Below are positions 1 to 10,421 of a stretch of DNA of 64,000 nt, piece after piece. The notes under the pieces were generated by a model. The model was not told the origin of the DNA and did no database searches. It was given only the letters and a program-made list of their open reading frames with translations. A program made the translations under genes and the position numbers. Numbering within the stretch: position 1 is the stretch's first letter; each line of letters starts with the position of its first letter. This DNA is from Planctomycetota bacterium (GTDB taxonomy: Bacteria; Planctomycetota; UBA1135; UBA2386): NCBI GenBank assembly GCA_046290465.1, contig JBKAGP010000001.1, positions 6,112,001-6,176,000 on the forward strand, given 5' to 3'.

Positions 1-210
1 CTGTCCGCCCCCTTGAGCCCCAGGGAGCACACCTCCGGGTGTAACCCCTTGCCGCTCAGCCCCTTGTGACCATCCAGGCCATCTCGGGCAACCGGGGGAT
101 GTGACGGGATCGCAGGCCTGCGACTCGCTCACAGTTCCCGCAGTACTGCCACAACCCTTTACCGGACCCTCGTTTGGGCCAACCCAGCGAGCCCGTCCGT
201 TCCGACTGTC

Positions 211-519
211 ATGCAAGAGCGAATCCAGATCCGGATGGAGGCCTACGATCACGAGGCCCTCGACCAGGCGTCACTCGACATCGTCGAGACGAGCAAGCGC
301 ACGGGTGCCCGTGTGGCTGGCCCGGTCCCGCTGCCGACGCGCATCGAGCGCTACACGGTGCTTCGTTCGCCGCACGTCGACAAGAAGAGCCGTGAGCAGT
401 TCGAGGTGCGCACGCACAAGCGCCTCATCTACATCTCGGAGCCGACCACCAAGACGGTCGACGCGCTGAGCAAGCTCAACATGCCCGCGGGCGTGGACAT
501 CCGCATCAAGGCCTGCTGA
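211..519 (+). CDS. rpsJ: 30S ribosomal protein S10
   Basis: [11 protein letters not shown]...GPVPLPT...[20 protein letters not shown] is the uS10 signature. Confidence 0.99.
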   Translation: MQERIQIRMEAYDHEALDQASLDIVETSKRTGARVAGPVPLPTRIERYTVLRSPHVDKKSREQFEVRTHKRLIYISEPTTKTVDALSKLNMPAGVDIRIKAC

Positions 520-557
520 GGCCGGCACGCAGCAGCACACCTAGGAGCACGATTCCC

Positions 558-1187
558 ATGGTCGAGGTCAAGGTATTCCAGGGCGGTTCGGTCGCGACGA
601 AGGACGTCGACGCCGGCGCCTTCGGGGCGAAGGTGCTTGGGCGCACGCTCAAGGACGCCGTCGTCATGTATGAGGCGAACGCACGTCAGGGCACCGTCCA
701 GGCGAAGACGCGTTCGATGGTGCGCGGCGGCAACAAGAAGCTGTGGCCGCAGAAGCACACCGGCCGTGCGCGCATGGGCACGACCAAGTCGCCGATCTGG
801 CGCGGCGGTGGCCGTATCCACCCGCCGGCGCCGCGCGACCACGCCTACCACATGCCGAAGAAGGCGCGCCGGGTCGCCCTGCGCAACGCCATCTTCACCA
901 AGTTCCGCGACGGCGAGGTCGCCATCGCCGAGGGCTTCCCGACCGACGCGCCGAACACCAAGTCGGCGTTCGCGATCCTGTCGCAGCTCGGCATGAACAA
1001 GAGCGCCACCGTCGTGACCGACGTCAAGGACGACACGCTCTACAAGTCGCTGCGCAACGTCCCGCTGGTCGACGTCGCGAAGCTCGACGACCTCAACGCC
1101 CGCCAGGTGCTGCTGCGCCGCTACCTGGTGCTGACCCCGGCCGCCTACGAATCGCTCGAGAAGCGCTTCGCCAAGAAGGAGAGCTAA
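558..1187 (+). CDS. rplD: 50S ribosomal protein L4
   Basis: RQGT..KTRS.VRGG.KK.W.QK.TGRAR.G...SPIWRGGG uL4 loop; SD AGGAG upstream. Confidence 0.98.
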   Translation: MVEVKVFQGGSVATKDVDAGAFGAKVLGRTLKDAVVMYEANARQGTVQAKTRSMVRGGNKKLWPQKHTGRARMGTTKSPIWRGGGRIHPPAPRDHAYHMPKKARRVALRNAIFTKFRDGEVAIAEGFPTDAPNTKSAFAILSQLGMNKSATVVTDVKDDTLYKSLRNVPLVDVAKLDDLNARQVLLRRYLVLTPAAYESLEKRFAKKES

Positions 1188-1190
1188 GCC

Positions 1191-1481
1191 ATGGCCAACG
1201 CCGAACAGTACTACGACGTCGTGCGTCGCCCGGTCGTGACCGAGAAGTCCGCCGGCGTGCAGGAGTCGAAGAACCAATACACCTTCGAGGTCGCCAAGAC
1301 GGCCAACAAGGTCGAGGTCCGCAAGGCGGTCGAGACGCTGTTCTCGGTCAAGGTCGAGGCGGTCAACATGATCACCATGCCGGCCAAGCGCCGTCGCGTC
1401 TTCGGCCGTCCCGGCCACACGCCGGCGTGGAAGAAGGCGGTCGTCACCCTCAAGGATGGCGACACGATCGACATCAACTAG
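1191..1481 (+). CDS. rplW: 50S ribosomal protein L23
   Basis: PVVTEKS...YTFEV...ANKVEVRKAVE.LF.VKV..VN...WKKAVVTL. Confidence 0.98.
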   Translation: MANAEQYYDVVRRPVVTEKSAGVQESKNQYTFEVAKTANKVEVRKAVETLFSVKVEAVNMITMPAKRRRVFGRPGHTPAWKKAVVTLKDGDTIDIN

Positions 1482-1550
1482 GTAGCTGAACGCCAGAGCA
1501 GGCAGCAACGCCAACCGGCAGCAACGCCAACACAGGCAGCCACGAAAGAC
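1481..1550. repeat. Short degenerate tandem repeat (~16-20 bp, GGCAGCAACGCCAAC core) in the rplW-rplB spacer
   Basis: ggcagcaacgccaacc (1501-1516) and ggcagcaacgccaaca (1517-1532), with degenerate copies on either side. Confidence 0.7.
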
Positions 1551-1558
1551 CCAGACCG

Positions 1559-2419
1559 ATGCCAGTCAAAGTCTACAAGCCCACGTCCGCCGGCCGACGC
1601 AACGCGTCGGTCCTGGACTTCAGCCACCTGACGAAGGGCAAGCGCCCCGAGAAGTCGCTGACCGAGCGTCTGAAGAAGACGGGCGGTCGCAACGCGCACG
1701 GCCACATCACCAGCCGCTTCCGCGGTGGTGGTGCCCGCAAGCTCTACCGCAAGGTCGACTTCCGCCGCGACAAGGACGGTGTCCCGGGCACCGTCAAGGC
1801 GCTCGAGTACGATCCGAACCGCACCGCCGACATCGCGCTGATCTTCTACGCCGACGGCGAGAAGCGCTACATCCTCGCGCCGAAGGGCCTGAAGGTGGGC
1901 GACCAGATCATGTCGGGCCAGAAGGTCGAGCCGGACGTCGGCAACTGCATGCCGCTCGAGTCGATCCCGCTGGGCCTCGACGTGCACAACGTCGAGCTGC
2001 AGCCCGGCAAGGGCGGCCAGCTGGCGCGCTCGGCCGGCAACTCCTGCACGCTGATGGCGCGCGACGCCGGCTTCGCGACGATCGTGCTGCCGAGCGGCGA
2101 GACCCGCAAGGTCCCGTGGAGCTGCCGCGCGACGATCGGCGAGATCGGCAACAGCGACTGGCAGAACGTTCGCATCGGCAAGGCCGGTCGCAAGCGTCAC
2201 ATGGGCCGTCGCCCGCACAACCGCGGCACGTCGATGAACCCCGTCGCGCACCCGATGGGTGGTGGTGAGGGTCGCACCGGCGGTGGCCGTCACCCCGTGT
2301 CGCCGACGGGCAAGCTCGCGAAGGGTGGTCGCACCCGCCGCGGCAAGGCCCGCAGCAACCAATACATCCTGCGTCGCCGCTCGCCCGGCAAGCACGTCGC
2401 CGTCGGCAGTGGCAGCTAA
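1559..2419 (+). CDS. rplB: 50S ribosomal protein L2
   Basis: [31 protein letters not shown]. Confidence 0.99.
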   Translation: MPVKVYKPTSAGRRNASVLDFSHLTKGKRPEKSLTERLKKTGGRNAHGHITSRFRGGGARKLYRKVDFRRDKDGVPGTVKALEYDPNRTADIALIFYADGEKRYILAPKGLKVGDQIMSGQKVEPDVGNCMPLESIPLGLDVHNVELQPGKGGQLARSAGNSCTLMARDAGFATIVLPSGETRKVPWSCRATIGEIGNSDWQNVRIGKAGRKRHMGRRPHNRGTSMNPVAHPMGGGEGRTGGGRHPVSPTGKLAKGGRTRRGKARSNQYILRRRSPGKHVAVGSGS

Positions 2420-2431
2420 TAGGAGCTCACG

Positions 2432-2698
2432 ATGAGTCGCAGTATCCACAAGGGCCCGTTCGTCCACCCGAAGCTCCTGAAGAAGGTGGACGCCCAGAAC
2501 GACGCGGGCACCAAGAACCCCATCAAGACGTGGTCGCGCGCCAGCGTGATCCTGCCGGAGTTCGTCGGCCACACCTTCGAGGTGCACAACGGCCGCGCGT
2601 TCATCAAGGTCTACGTGACGGAAGACATGGTCGGTCACCGTCTCGGCGAGTTCGCGGCGACGCGAACCTTCCGCGGCCACGCGAAGAAGGACAAATGA
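2432..2698 (+). CDS. rpsS: 30S ribosomal protein S19
   Basis: [11 protein letters not shown]...[15 protein letters not shown]...HNG...MVGHRLGEF. Confidence 0.99.
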   Translation: MSRSIHKGPFVHPKLLKKVDAQNDAGTKNPIKTWSRASVILPEFVGHTFEVHNGRAFIKVYVTEDMVGHRLGEFAATRTFRGHAKKDK

Positions 2699-3132
2699 GC
2701 TTCGAAACGCGAGCAGTACACCGCCGCGCGCGCATGGGCGTCAACAAGGCCCGTCGCGTTCTGGCGCTGATCCGTGGTCGGACCGCCAACCAGGCGCTCG
2801 ACGAGCTGCGACACGACAAGCACCGCGCCGCCAAGGCGATCTACAAGGTGCTGGCGTCGGCCGTGGCGAACGCGATGCAGAACCCGTCGGTTCGTCCGAA
2901 CCGCCTGGTGATCTCGAAGACCTTTGCCCAGGACGGTCCGCCGCTCCCGGGTGGTCGTCGCATGCGTCCGGGCCCGCAGGGGCGCGCGATGCCGTTCAAG
3001 CGTCGCACCTGCCACATCCACGTTCACGTCGAGGACCCCGAGGCGCGCGATCCGCGCGAGCTCGAGGCCGAAGCTGCGGCCGCTGCCGCCGCACAACCCG
3101 CCGCCGAGACCACCGAAGGGGGCGAGGAGTAG
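2695..3132 (+). CDS. rplV: 50S ribosomal protein L22 with acidic/Ala-rich C-terminal tail
   Basis: ATGA overlap with rpsS; KARRV..LIRG...KVL.SAVANA...GRA.P.KRRT.HI.V; syntenic position. Confidence 0.96.
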   Translation: MSFETRAVHRRARMGVNKARRVLALIRGRTANQALDELRHDKHRAAKAIYKVLASAVANAMQNPSVRPNRLVISKTFAQDGPPLPGGRRMRPGPQGRAMPFKRRTCHIHVHVEDPEARDPRELEAEAAAAAAAQPAAETTEGGEE

Positions 3133-3136
3133 AACC

Positions 3137-3829
3137 ATGGGCCAGAAGATCCACCCCACCGGCTTCCGCGTCGCCGTCACCGAGCCCTGGCGCTCGCGTT
3201 GGTACGCCAACAAGCGTGACTTCGCGCAGAACCTGATCGAAGACCAGAAGATCCGCCGCTTCATCAAGAAGGAGTGGCAGTTCGCGGCCATCCCGAAGGT
3301 CGAGATCGAGCGCGCTGGCGAACTGATCACGGTGTTCGTGCACACCGCCCGCCCGGGCGTGCTGATCGGCAAGAAGGGCACCAAGGTGGACGAGTTCCGC
3401 CAGGCGCTCGAGAAGCTGACCAGCAAGCCGGTGCGCATGAAGATCATCGAGATCCACCGCCCGGAGGTCGAGGCCAACCTCGTCGCCGAAGCGGTCGCCG
3501 AGCAACTCGGCAAGCGCATCAACTACCGCCGCGCCCTCAAGAAGGTCGCCGACGCCTCGATGGCGGCCGGCGCCAAGGGCATCAAGATCCGGGTGGCCGG
3601 TCGTCTGCAGGGCGCCGAGATGTCGCGCGTCGGCAACTTCCGCAAGGGGCGCGTGCCGTGCAGCACGCTCCGCGCGCAGATCGACTACGGCTTCGCGCTG
3701 TCCCACACCAAGTCGGGCGTGCTCGGCTGCAAGGTGTGGATCTTCAAGGGCGAGTATGGCCCTGGCGAGACCACCAACGGCCTGCTGCCCGTCCGGACCG
3801 CCGCCTCGCAGAGCGAGCGCAGCGCCTGA
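3137..3829 (+). CDS. rpsC: 30S ribosomal protein S3
   Basis: MGQKIHPTGFR...W.SRWYA, ARPG.LIGKKG, GRL.GAEM.R; start set at ATG 3137. Confidence 0.99.
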   Translation: MGQKIHPTGFRVAVTEPWRSRWYANKRDFAQNLIEDQKIRRFIKKEWQFAAIPKVEIERAGELITVFVHTARPGVLIGKKGTKVDEFRQALEKLTSKPVRMKIIEIHRPEVEANLVAEAVAEQLGKRINYRRALKKVADASMAAGAKGIKIRVAGRLQGAEMSRVGNFRKGRVPCSTLRAQIDYGFALSHTKSGVLGCKVWIFKGEYGPGETTNGLLPVRTAASQSERSA

Positions 3830-3870
3830 TCCTGAAGCTAACCCGAGAACTGTCAAACGGAGTCTGACCC

Positions 3871-4281
3871 ATGTTGATGCCCAAGAGGACCAAGTGGCGC
3901 CGACAGCAGCGTGGCCGCATCCGCGGTGAAGCCACGCGCGGCAACACGGTCGCGTTCGGCGAATACGGCCTGCAAGCCATCGAGCCGGGCTGGGTTTCCG
4001 CCCGCGTCATCGAGGCCGGCCGTATCGCGTGCGGCCGCAACGCGCCCGAAGGCAAGGTGTGGATCCGGATCTTCCCGCACAAGTCGATCACCAAGAAGCC
4101 GGCCGAGACCCGTCAGGGCTCCGGCAAGGGTGACGTCGACTTCTGGGCCGCCGTCGTCAAGCCGGGCACGATCCTCTACGAGATCGACGGCGTCAGCGAG
4201 GCGGTGGCGAAGCGCGCCTTCAACCGCGTGGCCCACAAGCTGCCGGTCAAGGTCCGCCTGGTCCGCCGTCGTCACAACTAA
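3871..4281 (+). CDS. rplP: 50S ribosomal protein L16
   Basis: [16 protein letters not shown]...[22 protein letters not shown]. Confidence 0.99.
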   Translation: MLMPKRTKWRRQQRGRIRGEATRGNTVAFGEYGLQAIEPGWVSARVIEAGRIACGRNAPEGKVWIRIFPHKSITKKPAETRQGSGKGDVDFWAAVVKPGTILYEIDGVSEAVAKRAFNRVAHKLPVKVRLVRRRHN

Positions 4282-4307
4282 GCGGCCGAGTCGCAAGGAA
4301 CAGCAAG

Positions 4308-4532
4308 ATGAACAAGGCCATTGACGAGATTCGCGGTCAGGACTCCGCCGAGCTCAAGACGAAGCTCAGCGAGCTCCGCAAGGAGCAGTTCGAGCTGCGC
4401 TTCAGCGGTTCGGGCAACGAAGGCCAGGCCACCGGCCGCGCCCGCGCCATCCGCCGCACGATCGCCCGCATCCTGACGGTCCTCGGGGACCGTGAACGCC
4501 AAGAGGCCCAGAAGGCCGGAGAGCAGAACTGA
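4308..4532 (+). CDS. rpmC: 50S ribosomal protein L29
   Basis: LRKEQFELRF...IRRTIARILT; lies between rplP and rpsQ. Confidence 0.95.
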   Translation: MNKAIDEIRGQDSAELKTKLSELRKEQFELRFSGSGNEGQATGRARAIRRTIARILTVLGDRERQEAQKAGEQN

Positions 4533-4843
4533 TGAGCGCCGAACAGACCCAAGAGGACCAGCAGCCGACCGCGAACGCAGACGGCAAGGCGCGCACCGAG
4601 CGCAAGGTCGCCCGCGGCGTCGTGATGTCCAACAAGATGGACAAGACGCTCGTCGTCCAGGTCAACCGCAAGGTCCGTCACCCGGTCTACGAGAAGTTCG
4701 TCTCGAAGAAGACCAAGCTCTACGCACACGACGATCAGGGCGAGGCCAACATCGGCGACATCGTCGAGATTGTGCAGACCCGCCCGCTCAGCAAGCTGAA
4801 GCGCTGGCGCCTGCTGCGGATCGTCCAGAAGGCCACCGTCTGA
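4532..4843 (+). CDS. rpsQ: 30S ribosomal protein S17
   Basis: GVV.SNKMDKT.VV...HP.Y.K...AHD...GD.VEI..TRPLSK.KRW. Confidence 0.99.
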   Translation: MSAEQTQEDQQPTANADGKARTERKVARGVVMSNKMDKTLVVQVNRKVRHPVYEKFVSKKTKLYAHDDQGEANIGDIVEIVQTRPLSKLKRWRLLRIVQKATV

Positions 4844-4938
4844 ACGCGGCCGGACGTTCCCCAAACCACCTTCCGAACCGCACCGTCTGACGCAACCAGA
4901 CAGCTGACTGAACCAGACAGTCTGAACAGGACTCTCCC

Positions 4939-5307
4939 ATGATCCAAGAAATGTCGATGCTCGATGTGACCGACAACACGGGCGCCAAGCGCGCGATGTG
5001 TGTCAAGGTCCTCGGGGGCAGCAAGCGGCGCTATGCGTCGGTCGGCGACGTCATCGTCGCCGTCATCAAGAAGGCCCTGCCGGCCGGTGAGGTCAAGGAG
5101 CACGATGTGGTCAAGGGCGTCGTCGGCCGCACGGCCAAGGCCGTGCGTCGCCCCGACGGTTCCTACATCAAGTTCGATCGCAACGCCCTGGTCGTCATCG
5201 ACAAGGACAACAACCCGCGCGGCACCCGAATCTTCGGCGCCGTTGCGCGTGAGCTGCGCGACAGCAACTTCATGAAGATCGTCTCGCTCGCGGAGGAGGT
5301 CGTCTGA
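4939..5307 (+). CDS. rplN: 50S ribosomal protein L14
   Basis: MIQ..S.L.V.DNTGAK...[15 protein letters not shown]...KIVSLA.EV. Confidence 0.99.
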   Translation: MIQEMSMLDVTDNTGAKRAMCVKVLGGSKRRYASVGDVIVAVIKKALPAGEVKEHDVVKGVVGRTAKAVRRPDGSYIKFDRNALVVIDKDNNPRGTRIFGAVARELRDSNFMKIVSLAEEVV

Positions 5308-5654
5308 TGCTGTTCAACAAGGCGAAGCAGAAGCGCATCGCGCTTCACGTCAAGAAGGGCGACAAGGTCGTGGTCACCGCCGGGCAGTACAAGTCCGAGG
5401 AGCCGCGCGAGGTGCTCAAGGTCGACGCCATCAACCGCCGCGTGATCGTGGAGGGCGTCAACCTGCGCTGGAAGCACCAGAAGCCTTCGCAGCAGAACCC
5501 CAAGGGCGGTCGGGTGCAGATGGAGCAGCCGATCGACGTCAGCAACGTGCTGCTGTTCAGCGAGAAGCTGGGCAAGGGCACCCGCACCAAGATCGAACTC
5601 GTCGAGGGCAAGAAGGTCCGCGTCGGTGTTCGCTGTGGAACCAAGTTCGACTAG
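5307..5654 (+). CDS. rplX: 50S ribosomal protein L24
   Basis: VKKGDKV.V..G KOW motif, VIVEGVN...E.PI.VSNV. Confidence 0.97.
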   Translation: MLFNKAKQKRIALHVKKGDKVVVTAGQYKSEEPREVLKVDAINRRVIVEGVNLRWKHQKPSQQNPKGGRVQMEQPIDVSNVLLFSEKLGKGTRTKIELVEGKKVRVGVRCGTKFD

Positions 5655-5664
5655 GGCCTGAGCA

Positions 5665-6249
5665 ATGACCACCACCGAGACCGCTGAAGGAACCCCGGCC
5701 GAGCCGCGCGCCCTGCCGCGTCGCCAGCAGATGTATCGCGACAAGGTCGTCGATGCGCTGCGCCAGGAGTTCAACTACCCGAACCCGATGATGATCCCGC
5801 GCCTGAGCAAGATCGTCGTCAACATGGGCGTCGGCCAGGCCGTCGAGAACAAGAACCGCATGGACGCCGCGGTCAAGGACCTCACCGCGATCACCGGCCA
5901 GAAGCCGTTGATCCGCAAGGCCCGCGTCGCCGTGTCCGGCTTCCGTCTGCGCATCGGCTACGCCGTCGGCGTCGCCGTCACCCTGCGGGGCGCGCGCATG
6001 TGGGAGTTCCTCGATCGTCTGATCACCCTCGCGATGCCGCGCATCCGAGACTTCCGTGGCGTGCCGAAGAAGTTCGACGGCCGCGGCAACTACACCATGG
6101 GCCTTGGCGAGCAGAGCGTCTTCCCGGAGATCCAGCTCGACAAGGTCGAGTTCGTGCAAGGCATGGACATCACGTTCGTCACGACCGCCGAGACCGACCA
6201 GGAGGGCTTCGCCCTGCTCAAGGCCCTCGGGATGCCGTTCAAGAAGTAA
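5665..6249 (+). CDS. rplE: 50S ribosomal protein L5
   Basis: KIVVNMGVG...ITGQKP...[13 protein letters not shown]...PRIRDFRG...FDGRGNY. Confidence 0.99.
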   Translation: MTTTETAEGTPAEPRALPRRQQMYRDKVVDALRQEFNYPNPMMIPRLSKIVVNMGVGQAVENKNRMDAAVKDLTAITGQKPLIRKARVAVSGFRLRIGYAVGVAVTLRGARMWEFLDRLITLAMPRIRDFRGVPKKFDGRGNYTMGLGEQSVFPEIQLDKVEFVQGMDITFVTTAETDQEGFALLKALGMPFKK

Positions 6250-6289
6250 CGAGTGACGTCCAACCAGAACCAACCGATCGCATACTGAT

Positions 6290-6475
6290 ATGGCCAAGAA
6301 GTGCTTGAAGGTTAAGCAGCAGCGCAAGCCGAAGTTCTCGACTCGGCAGTACAACCGCTGCCAGCTCTGCGGCCGTCCGCGCGCCTACTACCGCAAGTTC
6401 GGTATCTGTCGCTGCTGTTTCCGTCAACTGGCACTGCAGGGTGAGATCCCCGGCGTGCGCAAGGCCTCGTGGTAG
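6290..6475 (+). CDS. rpsN: 30S ribosomal protein S14, short zinc-binding (type Z) form
   Basis: 61 aa, RCQLCGRPR...GICRCCFR...IPGVRKASW. Confidence 0.98.
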   Translation: MAKKCLKVKQQRKPKFSTRQYNRCQLCGRPRAYYRKFGICRCCFRQLALQGEIPGVRKASW

Positions 6476-6489
6476 GAGACTGAATCGCC

Positions 6490-6885
6490 ATGATGACCGA
6501 TCCGATCGCCGACATGCTGACGCGTATGCGCAACGCTCTGATGAGCGGAGCGACCAACTGCGTCGTGCCCGGCAGCCGTCTCAAGGTGGCCATTCTGGAC
6601 ACCCTCAAGCGCGAAGGTTTCATCGACCGCTACGAGGTTGCCGCGAACGGCCCTCGCTCGGTGGTGAGCGTCGAGTTCCGCTATGGCCCTGACGGAGAGC
6701 GCGTGATCACGTCGCTCGCCCGCTTCAGCAAGCCTGGCTGCCGTCGCTACCGCTCGGTGAAGGAACTGCCGAAGGTCCGCGGTGGCCTCGGCATCGCCGT
6801 GGTGTCCACCAACCAGGGTGTGCTGTCCGACCGTGAGTGTCGCCAGCGCAAGGTTGGTGGCGAAGTGCTCTGCACGGTTGACTAG
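6490..6885 (+). CDS. rpsH: 30S ribosomal protein S8
   Basis: MTDPIADMLTR.RN...SKPG.R.Y...GLGIAVVST..GV...GGEVL. Confidence 0.99.
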   Translation: MMTDPIADMLTRMRNALMSGATNCVVPGSRLKVAILDTLKREGFIDRYEVAANGPRSVVSVEFRYGPDGERVITSLARFSKPGCRRYRSVKELPKVRGGLGIAVVSTNQGVLSDRECRQRKVGGEVLCTVD

Positions 6886-6898
6886 CCGGAGATAAGCA

Positions 6899-7444
6899 AT
6901 GTCCAGAATTGGCAAGACTCCCATCGACGTGCCGAAGGCCGTGACGATCGACGTCACGGACGACCTGGTCACGGTCAAGGGCCCGAAGGGCGAGCGCAAG
7001 CTGCCCGTCCGCTCCGAGATCAAGGTCTCGCTCGACGACGGCACGCTGACGGTCGACACGACCCAGTCGACCCGCTTCGCCCACGCGATGCGCGGCACGA
7101 TGCGGTCGCTGCTCAGCAACGCCATCCACGGCGTGACCGAGGGCTACACCAAGAAGCTCGAGGTGCAGGGCGTCGGCTTCGAGGTCGACATCAAGGGCAA
7201 GGAGCTGATCCTGAAGATCGGCTTCAACATGCCGAAGAAGTTCGCGATCCCGGACACGGTCCAGGTCGAGTGCCCGACGCTCACCGACATCGTGATCAGC
7301 GGCCCGGACAACCAGCAGGTTGGCCAGGTCGCCGCCGAGATCCGCAAGCTGCGCAAGCCGGAGCCCTACAAGGGCAAGGGCATCAAGTACGCCGACGAAG
7401 TCATCAAGCGCAAGGCCGGCAAGGCCTTCGGCTCGGGTGGCTAA
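6899..7444 (+). CDS. rplF: 50S ribosomal protein L6
   Basis: MSRIGK.PI...VKGPKG...[13 protein letters not shown]. Confidence 0.99.
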   Translation: MSRIGKTPIDVPKAVTIDVTDDLVTVKGPKGERKLPVRSEIKVSLDDGTLTVDTTQSTRFAHAMRGTMRSLLSNAIHGVTEGYTKKLEVQGVGFEVDIKGKELILKIGFNMPKKFAIPDTVQVECPTLTDIVISGPDNQQVGQVAAEIRKLRKPEPYKGKGIKYADEVIKRKAGKAFGSGG

Positions 7445-7473
7445 CCGCGAGGACCTCAACAGAGCCAATAGCA

Positions 7474-7842
7474 ATGACTTCGACGAAGAAGAAGCACAAG
7501 GCCCGCCGCGGCAAGGCCACCTCCCTGCGCAAGCGCTTGCGGGCGCGCAGCGAGCGGCCGCGCCTGTCGGTGTTCCGCAGCCTCACCAACATCTCGGTCC
7601 AGGTCATCGACGACCTGGACGGCAAGACGCTGGCCTCGGCCTCGTCGCTCGAGAAGGACGTGCGCGGCGCCATCGAGGGCATGAACAAGACCGACGTCGC
7701 CAAGAAGGTCGGCTCGCTCGTCGGCGAGCGCGCCAAGAAGGCCGGCGTCTCGAAGGTCTCGTTCGATCGCGGCACCTACAAGTATCACGGTCGCGTCAAG
7801 GCGCTCGCCGACGGCGCGCGCGAAGCCGGACTGGAGTTCTGA
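7474..7842 (+). CDS. rplR: 50S ribosomal protein L18
   Basis: RPRLSVFRS...[13 protein letters not shown]...[22 protein letters not shown]; start set at ATG 7474. Confidence 0.98.
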   Translation: MTSTKKKHKARRGKATSLRKRLRARSERPRLSVFRSLTNISVQVIDDLDGKTLASASSLEKDVRGAIEGMNKTDVAKKVGSLVGERAKKAGVSKVSFDRGTYKYHGRVKALADGAREAGLEF

Positions 7843-7846
7843 TCCG

Positions 7847-8359
7847 ATGACCAAGTCGAACTACACTCTCATCCCGATCGACGAGGCGCTGGCCTCGGAC
7901 GTCGAAGACGACGTCGTCGCGATCAACCGCAGCGCTGCGGTGGTCAAGGGCGGCCGGCGCTTCTCGTTCAGCTCGCTGACCGTCGTCGGCAACCGCAACG
8001 GCCTCGTCGGCGTCGGTTACGGCAAGGGCCGCGAGGTCCCGCTGGCGATCGAGAAGTCGGTCAAGGACGCGCGCAAGAACCTGATGCGCGTGACCCGCGA
8101 AGGCACGACCATCCCGCACGCGGTCGACGGCAAGTACTGCTCGACGACCGTTCGCCTGATCCCGGCCGCGCCGGGCACGGGCATCATCGCCGGCAAGGCG
8201 GTGCGCAAGGTCCTCGAGCGCGCCGGCATCACCGACATCCTCACCAAGAACTACGGCTCGACGAACGCCCTGAATGTGGTCAAGGCCACGATGGTCGCTC
8301 TCGACATGCTGCGCAGCCGCGAAGAGACCGCGAAGCTGCGAGGAGTGGAACTCGAATGA
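7847..8359 (+). CDS. rpsE: 30S ribosomal protein S5
   Basis: INR...VVKGGRRFSF..L.VVG...G.GK..EV..AI.K, PA.PGTGIIAG. Confidence 0.99.
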   Translation: MTKSNYTLIPIDEALASDVEDDVVAINRSAAVVKGGRRFSFSSLTVVGNRNGLVGVGYGKGREVPLAIEKSVKDARKNLMRVTREGTTIPHAVDGKYCSTTVRLIPAAPGTGIIAGKAVRKVLERAGITDILTKNYGSTNALNVVKATMVALDMLRSREETAKLRGVELE

Positions 8360-8928
8360 ACCTCGCCGAAGCAAAGACCCTCGGCATCGCCTTCCCTGAG
8401 CGCAAGCGCCGCGGCCGCGGCACCGGCTCCGGCAACGGCAAGACCGCCGGCAAGGGCCACAAGGGCGCGAAGGCGCGCTCGGGTTGGTCGCGCCGTATCG
8501 GTTGGGAAGGTGGCCAGATGCCGCTCTACCGCCGACTGCCCAAGCGCGGCTTCAACAACAAGATCTTCAAGAAGGTCTACACCGTCGTCAACGTCTCGGA
8601 TCTCGAGGCCTTCGACGCCGGCGCGACCGTCGACCTGAAGGCGATCCTCGAGAAGGGCCTCGCCTCCAAGGCGAAGCACTCGGAGATGTTCAAGATCCTC
8701 GGCGACGGGGAGGTCACCAAGGCCGTCACGGTCAAGGTCGACGCCATCACCGCGACCGCGCGCGAGAAGATCGAGAAGGCCGGCGGCACCGTCGACCTGA
8801 TCGAGAAGAAGGCCATGCGGCCGAAGTTCGTCGCCAAGGACGGCAGCAAGAAGACGCCGGGCAAGCCGCGCATCCGCCGCGGTAACGGCAAGGCCAAGCT
8901 CAACGAAGAGGCGGAAGCCAACTCGTAG
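8356..8928 (+). CDS. rplO: 50S ribosomal protein L15 with basic C-terminal extension
   Basis: KRRGRG.GSG.GKTAG.GHKG...EGGQMPLYRRLPKRGF; overlaps rpsE stop (ATGA). Confidence 0.98.
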   Translation: MNLAEAKTLGIAFPERKRRGRGTGSGNGKTAGKGHKGAKARSGWSRRIGWEGGQMPLYRRLPKRGFNNKIFKKVYTVVNVSDLEAFDAGATVDLKAILEKGLASKAKHSEMFKILGDGEVTKAVTVKVDAITATAREKIEKAGGTVDLIEKKAMRPKFVAKDGSKKTPGKPRIRRGNGKAKLNEEAEANS

Positions 8929-8976
8929 GACCCTGGTCCCGTCGCCCGAACGCCGAGCTCGAGAACGAATCCCAGC

Positions 8977-10362
8977 ATGAACGTGTCGATCGCCAACCTG
9001 TTCAAGGTCCCGGAGATCAGGAACAAGGTCCTGATCACCCTGGGCCTGCTGTTGATCTACCGCATCGGGTTCTTCATCCCGCTGCCGGGGGTCAACGCCG
9101 AGGTCATGCTGGCCAACCTGGGCAGCATGGAGGGCGTCGGCCGCCTGTTCGGCATGATGAACGTGCTGACCGGCGGCTCGCTGAACAGCGCGACGCTGTT
9201 CTCGCTGGGCGTGATGCCGTACATCTCGGCCAGCATCATCTTCAGCCTGCTCGCCAAGGCGGTGCCGGCGCTGGAGAAGATCAGCAAGGAAGGCGCGAGC
9301 GGCCAGCGCAAGATCAACCAGTACACCCGTCTGGCGACGGTCGTGATCTGCCTGATCCAGTCGTGGTTCGTGATCGGCGGCACGCTCAGCGGGGCGGAGT
9401 CGAAGATCCTGCACGCCGGCGTCGAGCAGTGGTTCGGCCTCTACAGCATCGTCGTGATGGTGTCGCTGACCGCCGGCACGATGTTCATCATGTGGCTGGG
9501 TGAGCAGATCACCGAGCACGGCATCGGCAACGGCATCTCGCTGATCATCATGGCCGGCATCATCTCGAACCTGGCGCCGGCCCTCAGCGGGTTCATCACC
9601 CAGGGCTTCGGCACGGCCGAGTGGCAGAGCCTGCTGATGTTCCTCGGAGCGTGGGGGGTCACGGTCGTCGCGGTCGTGTTCATGACCAAGGCGCAGCGAC
9701 GCATCCCGATCCAGCAGGCAAAGCAGGCCCGCGGTCGCCAGGTCTACGGCGGCCAGAAGACCTACCTGCCGTTCAAGGTCAACCAGGCCGGCGTCATGCC
9801 GATCATCTTCGCCTCGGCGCTGACGATGATCCCGGCGATGCTGGGCACGGCCCTGAGCATCACGTTCCTCGAACAGACGTTCGGCCAGAACCAGGGCTTC
9901 TGGTACGTGGTCACGTTCTCGGCGCTGATCTTCTTCTTCGCCTTCTTCTGGACGTCGATGATGTTCCAGCCGAACGAGATCGCGAAGAACCTGCAGGAAG
10001 GCGGCTCGTTCATCCCGGGCATTCGCCCCGGCAAGCCGACCGCCAAGTTCCTCGAGCAGACGATGGTCCGCATCACGCTGGCCGGCTCGACGTTCCTGGC
10101 GGTGATCGCCGTGATGCCGTCGCTGATCGGCACCACCGGCAACACCACCGACCAGGTGCTGATCTACTTCATGTCGGGCACGTCGATCCTGATCGTCGTC
10201 GGGGTCGCGCTCGACATGGTCGAGAAGATCAACGCCCTGCTGGTCATGCGCAACTACGAGGGTGCGATGGCCGAGCCCGGCGGCCCGGCGGCCGGCGGCG
10301 GCGGCGGCGATGGCCAGACCGCGGGTGCGACCGCCGGCTGGGGCCGTCGCTCGCAGAGCTGA
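8977..10362 (+). CDS. secY: Preprotein translocase subunit SecY
   Basis: LGVMPYISASII, WLGEQITEHGIGNGISLII, NQAGVMPIIFA, FIPGIRPG, GTSILIVVGV. Confidence 0.99.
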   Translation: MNVSIANLFKVPEIRNKVLITLGLLLIYRIGFFIPLPGVNAEVMLANLGSMEGVGRLFGMMNVLTGGSLNSATLFSLGVMPYISASIIFSLLAKAVPALEKISKEGASGQRKINQYTRLATVVICLIQSWFVIGGTLSGAESKILHAGVEQWFGLYSIVVMVSLTAGTMFIMWLGEQITEHGIGNGISLIIMAGIISNLAPALSGFITQGFGTAEWQSLLMFLGAWGVTVVAVVFMTKAQRRIPIQQAKQARGRQVYGGQKTYLPFKVNQAGVMPIIFASALTMIPAMLGTALSITFLEQTFGQNQGFWYVVTFSALIFFFAFFWTSMMFQPNEIAKNLQEGGSFIPGIRPGKPTAKFLEQTMVRITLAGSTFLAVIAVMPSLIGTTGNTTDQVLIYFMSGTSILIVVGVALDMVEKINALLVMRNYEGAMAEPGGPAAGGGGGDGQTAGATAGWGRRSQS

Positions 10363-10421
10363 GCCGCGCCCGATCCCTTCCCGATCCCGATCCAGATTCC
10401 ACCGACCTCCCCGACCTGACG

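Noticed and set aside
1..210. Structured S10 leader or upstream tuf/fusA end
   Set aside because: No recognisable coding end or conserved leader fold can be supported by eye, and the context is cut by the window edge.
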